Shown in pieces: positions 55,605 to 64,000 of a DNA stretch of 64,000 nt (the stretch's first letter is position 1; every line of letters begins with the position of its first letter). Under the pieces are notes generated by a model. The model did not search any database. It was not told the DNA's origin and saw only the letters and a program-made list of their open reading frames with translations. The position numbers and the translations under genes are program-made. Source of the stretch: the human T2T-CHM13v2.0 reference genome, Homo sapiens; the NCBI RefSeq assembly GCF_009914755.1, contig NC_060932.1. One strand, written 5' to 3'.

Positions 55605-58199
55605 GTTGCCAGGCACTGTATCATTTAGTCCTCAGCTCTGTAGGTAGCCCATTTTATAGATGGGGGAAAAGGAGGTTAAGTCACTTCCCCAAGATTCAAG
55701 AACAATTCAGAAGGCAAGCCACACTATGAGTCCAGGTATCTAATTCCAGAGCATGAGCAGTTAGTGTTTATGTCAGTGCATTGTAATGTCAGGAAGGTGG
55801 GAGACACTGGTTTGACTTGTCTCCAATAGCCTGAGCATAGAGCTCAATGTTGAGCACAGAGTGCACTGCTCAATAAATATACACGTCATGCAAAAGTCGT
55901 TAATGTCTCAGCACATGAAGAAAACAGAGATATTTTACGACTTGCTAAAGGAGCATCAGAAAGACACCAGGCAGGATGGCCAGAGGCCTGCATCTTTGTT
56001 CTAATGCCATCTTTAATTCAACAGGCAATTACTAGCAAATCACTTCTGCTTAGGTTTCAGTTTTCTCTTCTGGAAAAGGAGGACTTTGACTAGTTAATCT
56101 TCATATTCCCTTAATCTCTAAAATTATTTGAATTTACATGTAACATAACATCTGTTATTTTCACAGGTGTATAGGCTCCCCTTTTGCTAGGTACTGTGTT
56201 TCCAAGATCTGTCAACCACAGCCTCCTCATTCTGTCTGGCAAATTCCTATTTCGCTTCAAAAATGTCAGCTATTGCTACCTCCTCTGGGAAGCCTTCCCT
56301 GATTCCCCAAAGCTAGTCACTCCCTGCATAGTGCCCCTATAACCCTTTTTTATTTTAGGGGCTGAATCTAGTTATTGTAATGTAACTGTAGCCATCTCCC
56401 TTTTTTTTTTTTTAACTTCTGTCATCTCCCATTCTAGAACTGTAAGCTGATAGAGGTGTACTGATATTATTGATTTTGTGTGTTTAGAGCACGTGTTTGT
56501 TGAGTAAATAAATGGGTGACACTTCTACCTTCAGAAATCCATATCTAATTGGTCTGGGGTTTGACCTAGGCACTGATAATTTAAAGTGTGGCCAAGGGTG
56601 AGGACCTCTTTTACACATGCACACACACGTACACAACACCTGGTTCCAAATGTCTACATCAATTGCGCTACTGATTGAGATTGTTCTTTACTTCAATAGA
56701 GAGTTCAGGATTGGCTGCAATGTGTTTGTTATGATACCTACTCATCTCCTTATAGGCCAGCTCCATCACCCACATCCAGGGGTGTCTTTGAAACAATAGA
56801 GATACCAGAAGCTCTACATGTAAACAGTGTCCTGGAACAAGACCCGCTATCCAACTGACCTCAGGGACAGCACACGCTTCTGGCTTCTTCTTACCCTGAC
56901 CACTCCTTCTCAGGATCCTTCCCAGGTTCCTCCTGTCATCTTTAATCCTGCATGCTGGTGTTCCCAAGGCACCATATTTGGACTTCTCCACCATATCATG
57001 GTGATCTCCTCTGGTCCTGTGGCTTTAAATCCTGTCTAGATGCTGGTTGCTCCTCTGCTCAACATCTTCCACGTCTTCCCATCCAAAGTCCTTGCCCTGC
57101 CTGACTTTCCAACCTCATCTCCCATCACTCTCTTCCCCACTGACTCCACTCCAGCCATACTGGCATTCTTGCTCTTCCCCAACAGCACCAGGCTCCCTCC
57201 CACTTGTAATCTTGCTGTACCCTCTACCTGGGACAACCACCTCCCCCACCCCCAGATTCATGGACTGCCAGGCACTGCTCCAGTGAACACCAGTGAACCA
57301 AACAGAAAACCCAGCCCAAGGGAGCTCCTGCGATGGAGGAGGGAATGTGGATGGAGAGGAGAGGAGGATGGAGGAAGAAGGAGAGAAGAGGGGATGGATC
57401 TCCACAGCTGGCGCCATCCTGGGATTCAGGTCTTCGCTCCATGTCCCCTCTTCAGAGAGGCCTCCCTAACCAGCCTGCCCAACCCTCCCTCACTCTCCTT
57501 CCCTTACTTCTCACTACCTGAAATTATATCACTTATTTTCTCTCTTGTCTGTCTTCCCCTCTATAATACAAGCTTTATGAAGTTGGGGGACTTTACCTTC
57601 CTCCCTTCTATACCCGTGAGCTTAGAGCTGTGCCAGCCCATGGCAGGCAGGTCATAAATACTAGTTTGAATGAATGAATGAACTATATCCCTTTGGAGCT
57701 GGAACAGTAACTTTTTTATTGTGACTGCAATAGAATCTCCCATAGATCCACAGAAAATAACACCTGAGATGTGCTTATCTCAGGACAGAAAATTCAAAGG
57801 CTAAATTTTGAATAAATAGACCTAAAAATTACCTCTTTCCATCTACTGCTAATTGATAGCTAGCCAGACATTGACACTTTAACAAGAGTAGGAATCAGAG
57901 CGCAAATGAGAGACTACACTATCTATAAAATAATATTATTAAAAATTTATAATATGCCTGCTATATTTTCTTGGTTTATATATTTCTTTCTCTATACTCT
58001 TTATTTTCTCTGTCAAAGTATAATACCTCATTGATCTTCCTGCTTCTGGTTGTTCCTCAGTTAACTCAGTCTTTATATTAACACCATTTCTTTTTTTGAA
58101 GACAATACCTTTGAGTTACTCTTCGTTGCACAGAAACCCTCAATGCCTTCTTATTTTCTGACAAGTCAAGTCTAAACTCCCTTACCAGGCTCCTTTTTT

Positions 58200-58455
58200 T
58201 TTTTAACTTTAAAAAAATGTGGTAAAATACTCATAACATACAATTTACCATCTTAATCATTTTTAAGTGTGCAGCTCATTTGGGCTAAGTAGTTCACATT
58301 GTTGTACAACCATCATCACCATCCATATCCAGAACTCTTTTTGTCTTGCAAAACTGAATCTCTGGACCCATTAAATGAATCCCCAATTTCTCCTCCCTTA
58401 ACCCTTGGTACCCACCATTAGACTTTCCATCTCTATGAATTTGACTACTGTATGT
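58200..58455 (-). mobile_element. L1MB-like 3' end
   Basis: gtggtaaaatactcataacatacaatttaccatcttaatcatttttaagtgt... Confidence 0.75.
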
Positions 58456-58503
58456 ACTACATAAGGTTTTTAAGCTGTTTTATGCTTTCTTTCCCTCCCA
58501 TGC

Positions 58504-58861
58504 TGATATGGTTTGGCTGTGTCCCCACCCAAATCTCATCTTGAATTGTAGCTCCCATAATTCCCATGTGTTGTGGGAGGGACCTGGTGGGAGATAGTTG
58601 AATCATGAGGGCAGTTTCTCCTATACTGTTCTCATGGTAGTGAGTAAGTCTCACGAGATCTGATGATTTTATAGTGGGTTCCCCTTCACTTGGTTCTCAT
58701 TCTCTCGTCTGTCGCCATGTAAGATGTGCCTTTCGCCTTCTGCCATGATTATGAGGCCTCCCCAGCCACTTGGAACTATGAGTCCATTGAAACTCTTTTT
58801 CTTTAAAAATTACCCAGTCTCGGGTATGTCTTTATCAGCAGCATGAAAACGGACTAATACA
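58504..58861 (+). mobile_element. THE1 (MaLR) solo LTR
   Basis: tgatatggtttggctgtgtccccacccaaatctc...ggactaataca; perfect 5-bp TSD CATGC. The strand given is that of the familiar consensus string. Confidence 0.93.
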
Positions 58862-59734
58862 CATGCCTAGCACATGTAGGGTAAGTTCTAGTTTAAGTAC
58901 AAAATGCATTGCCACAGCTGTCAGACAAGCTTTTGGTCCTGCAGGAATGTGCTCACCTCACCCTGTGGCCTTTGCCTATGGGATTCCCATAGTGAGAACA
59001 TTCTCCCTTTCTCTCTTTGCCCATCCAAATTTTCCCTGTCCGTAAATATGGTCTTCAATTTCCATCTCTTCCTTGGCACCTCACCCCATTACTCTTGTCC
59101 ACACTAAGCCCTCTCTTCCTGAAACTCATATTCCATTCATCGGAAATACCAAACATTTCAAATTTATGAATTCACCAGTTGTTCTTTGCAATATACCGTT
59201 GTCTCCTTCAAAAGTTTCTAAACTTCCAAGTGGGGAAGGGATCATGTCTTACGTGTCATCCATACCCTTCTCTTAGAAAAAGCAGTTGATACAAAGTAGA
59301 AATTTAACAAATATTGACTAATATATGATGTTTACCTTCTTGAAGTTTTAAAATACTTTGAATTGCTCTCCAACATCACTAGGCAACTCTCTTGAATCTT
59401 TTCAAGAAAATGTAGTTACAGCCAATAACTGTCTATTTTTTAATCTGACCATGTGGATAAAAGATGGTTACAGCATGGTTCCAACAGAGTTAAATTTTCA
59501 GAGATGTGTTCCTGAAATGAGCTGCTGTGATCTCCCAGATCATGCAGAAGTTGCTTAAGTAAAACACTAATTGAGAAGTGAACCTTCACATCACCATTCA
59601 ACATCTATCACTCAGCTCACTCTTTCCACACTAGTAAAAAGACCTAGAAAAATCAGGACGATTACAAAGTGCAGATACTGGGAACTAGCGCAAAGGCAAA
59701 CCAGAAGCCAGCCTCTCTTGGAATCATTTTCTCA

Positions 59735-60241
<507 letters not shown>

Positions 60242-60733
60242 TCACCCCTGGAATCCTTTCCTCTGCTGAACTCCTATCCTGCTTGTGATTTCAAATATTG
60301 ATCTGGCAAGTGCCAACCCCAACTTAACACTGTCACTTATCTTTTTGTCATGTTTTATATGATGATGAAAGTCAAACACATCCAATTTAGAACATTTTGA
60401 AATTACAGAAAAATATTTTTTAAAAATTAACATCATAAAGACAATCAATATTAACATCTGGTATGTTTCCAGTACCTTTGTATAAATGTGTGTTATATAA
60501 CTAGATTTTACATCCATAGGCAGTGTTGTCCTTGTTTTTTTTCTGCTTAGTATTACAGTGTGAGCATATCCTTTTTCCTGTATCATTCGAATTTTTTCAA
60601 AACATTTTTTAACGGTGGAGTGACATTCCATCACTTTACAATTCTAGATTTCTAAGTTTTCACCATTTTAAATAATACTGCAGTGGATACTTATCTTCTT
60701 AAGAAACCCATGCCTGATTTACTATGACTTTTA

Positions 60734-60994
<261 letters not shown>

Positions 60995-60995
60995 T

Positions 60996-61233
60996 CATGG
61001 GTGTCCAACTTTTTGGCTTCCCAGGCCCACATTGGAAGAAGAATTGTCTTGGGCCACGTATAAAATACACTAATGCTAACGATAACTGATGAGCTAACAA
61101 ACAACAAACAAAAAAGGTCCATGTATAATTTTTGTGATATCCCCCACCACAGATAAGAAAACAAATCCTTGCCTTCAAAGGATTGGACACACCACAAATA
61201 AAAAGTCCTTGCATTCAAAGGGCTGGACACCCG
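60996..61233 (+). mobile_element. MER30B-like hAT MITE with duplicated 3' terminus
   Basis: catgggtgtccaactttttggcttccc...gaagaattgtcttgggccac...; the terminal ttcaaagg..tggacac occurs twice. Confidence 0.8.
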
Positions 61234-62446
61234 TATTTGGTTGAAGCCTAGAATTCTGCGGATGGGCTGCTTTTGAAAGCTGCTGGTCATTCCAAGAAGT
61301 TCAAGCTGAGATTTGTTGACTTGCCATCATTCCCTAACTGGCTGTTGGTTTTCACCGAGTCATTAAAGCCTAATGAGTTGACCATTATGTATGAAAAAGT
61401 AAAACACTTAGGTAATTGTGCAAAGGGTGTTTGAAAAACTCTGTTGTTTTTGCCCATATTTTTATAAGTTGATCACACTGGAAATGTGTAAATCCCCTTT
61501 CTCTCCCCACCTCCTCTGCCCTAAGATGTTAAGATTTACAAGGCCTGTTAATGGGCCAGAGAGAGAGAGGGGGAGAAAGCAAAATCTATCATAGTTGAAG
61601 GCTTTTTTCAGCTCTATCAAGAGACAATTTCTAATCACTCTACTAACTTTGTAGGAAGGATTTTCCCCACTTCTTCCATATGCTCCAGGCCTCTGGACTT
61701 TATATCCCAACAGGAACCCAATATGGTTTTCAGGCCATAACTAAAGTCAATCCATCACTCCATTTCCAAAGTTGACAGGGTCAAAGGTAGAGGAGAACTT
61801 TGGCAGGACTCCAAAAACATGAGCCCCCTTTGAACAGCCAGTCAATCACATCCAATCAGTCAAAAGAAACTGGATGGGTTCCTAGTCCTGAACTCTGGGA
61901 TTTTCTTCTCCCCTTTCAGTGCCCACTGTGGGAGAATTAACACCACTCCAAATTCTTTACTGATTCAATCATTTTCTTTCAGTTCATTAATTCCTGTTTA
62001 CAATGATACAAGATACATTTTCAGGGCTGAGTTAGGGTGGGAGGTGGGGGTTGGGTGGTAGTATATAACAAAACATCACACTAAAATAGTAGCCTAGTTT
62101 GACCAACATTCTGTATTATAAGGTCTTTCTATACCAGTGAGTTGGGGAGTGCAGACAGAAGGGGAATAATTAAAATGGAATTTACTTAGATTTGTCAGTT
62201 ATCTTCATCGATATACTTTAATTTTTTGGACAACTTGAAATTTAACAGTTACCGGTATTTCTAATTACTTTAATGCACTTGGAAAACTACCCAGAACAGA
62301 CCATGATTTCTTCTTGTCCAAGCAAACAAAAATCAATTAGTGTCAGTTTCATTCTGAGCATTGTTTTGTTTTGCCTACAATCTGTTTAAGGGCACATGTG
62401 ACACTTATTCATACATGTCTGGCACTGCAATGTTCCTGTTTAACTA

Positions 62447-62896
<450 letters not shown>

Positions 62897-63647
62897 TTAG
62901 TTTCACATGAAGTAGCAAATGCACCAAAATTCTGTTTTGCCACACTTCCATTTGGCAAAGGGGAGATGGGACAGAACTTGGGACTCAACAGAGTTTTCTC
63001 CTTCTGTAATTATGTCAAAACTTTACAGAAAAAGTGGCTGCCCTTCATCCATGCATTGTCAAGAACCTTTGCTCAAAGCACACCCATGTAATGAAGTGGA
63101 GAAAATGACCATCTGCCTGCTGGTTCCAGAAACCTGGTTCTCTATCAAAAGACCTGGACCGCCACCGCCAGTGGAGCCTCCACCACAGAAAGCTGGTGTG
63201 CCATGTGGAAGCTGAGATCTATACGCCAGCTGGAAAGTCACTTCTTCAAGCTCAGGAATGGGTTCTTGCACTTCAGACAGGTCCTGACATCATGCCCAGC
63301 ATTGGGATGCTGGCTGGTGAATTGTCTGTGGTGTTGCTGCCCAGTAGAGAGTGGTGGCAGCGATGCCTCGACTTTTGCTGAGAAGATAAGGTTGCCATAA
63401 TTCAGTGTTGAAAATAGAGGATGTGTAGCATCTAATGAGGGTGAGGGGAGAGGTGGTGTGGAACAGTGGCAGAACATGGGTTTGGAGTCAGGGAGAGCTG
63501 AATTCAAATCCCAGGCTTCTGTCCCCTAACTTGCAACCATGATCAAATTACTTCACCTTTTCTAATCTCAGTTTTTCTTATCTGTAAGATATAAATAACA
63601 ATGTGTATCTCACAGTGCTGAAATGAGGTATAATGAGATATAGGCAC

Positions 63648-63872
63648 ACATCCCTAGTCCAAGAATCTGAAATCCAAAATTCTCCAAAATCTAAACCTTT
63701 CTGAGCACTGACATGATGCTTAAAGGAAATGTTCATTGGATCATTTTGGATTTTGGATTTTTCAGATTAGGGATGCTCAACCAGTAAGTAAGTACAGAAT
63801 GCAAATATTCCAAAACCCGAAATCAGAAGCACTTCTAGATGCAAGCATTTTGGATAAGGAATACTCAACCTG
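63648..63872. mobile_element. Tigger4a/Zombi-like MITE
   Basis: Ends in ttggataaggaatactcaacctg followed by TA; internal ttttggattttggatttttcagattagggatgctcaacc. Confidence 0.75.
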
Positions 63873-64000
63873 TAATACATATAAAGGATTCAGCACAGTG
63901 CTTGGTGTGTGCCAAACTGGGATGAGTTTGCGTCCTAACTGCTTTGCCCATGCTGGGCTTGACCAGACCATAAGACAGATGACATTACTCACACACAGAG

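Noticed and set aside
52503-56994. Paralogous-looking ORFs (YGTLGTPACRIK / YGALGTPACRIK) as a small gene family
   Set aside because: The similarity comes from the 300-bp DNA duplication, whose 5- and 8-nt indels do not respect codons.
57040-57657. 205-aa ORF, the longest in the track
   Set aside because: It runs through L2-like pyrimidine-rich relics, is low complexity and has no recognisable domain.

Overview
Primate (human-like) genomic DNA containing the 3' half of EBF2 (COE2, early B-cell factor 2) on the minus strand. Nine coding exons (62854 down to 17609) splice GT-AG into one open frame of 1095 nt (364 aa plus stop). They encode the end of the DNA-binding domain, the IPT/TIG domain, the atypical HLH with its duplicated helix, and the Ser/Pro-rich tail ending ...AMTGLVVPPM*. 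A ~2.9 kb 3'UTR follows, and the 5' exons lie beyond the right edge. The rest is intron or intergenic DNA rich in repeats: the 5' half of a decayed L1 (1-4595), many Alus, L1/L2/MIR relics, two solo LTRs with intact TSDs, and several DNA transposons. I found no convincing new gene or system. The most unusual signal is structural. Three short, same-orientation, non-tandem duplications (80-310 bp, about 86-90% identical, 2-4 kb apart) lie inside one intron. One carries a perfect 20-bp flanking duplication and no poly(A). There are also several fold-back or scrambled micro-insertions, a double hairpin at 30030-30112, and an inverted Alu pair 18 bp apart. Repeat subfamily names are recalled from consensus sequences rather than searched, and identities were counted by eye.
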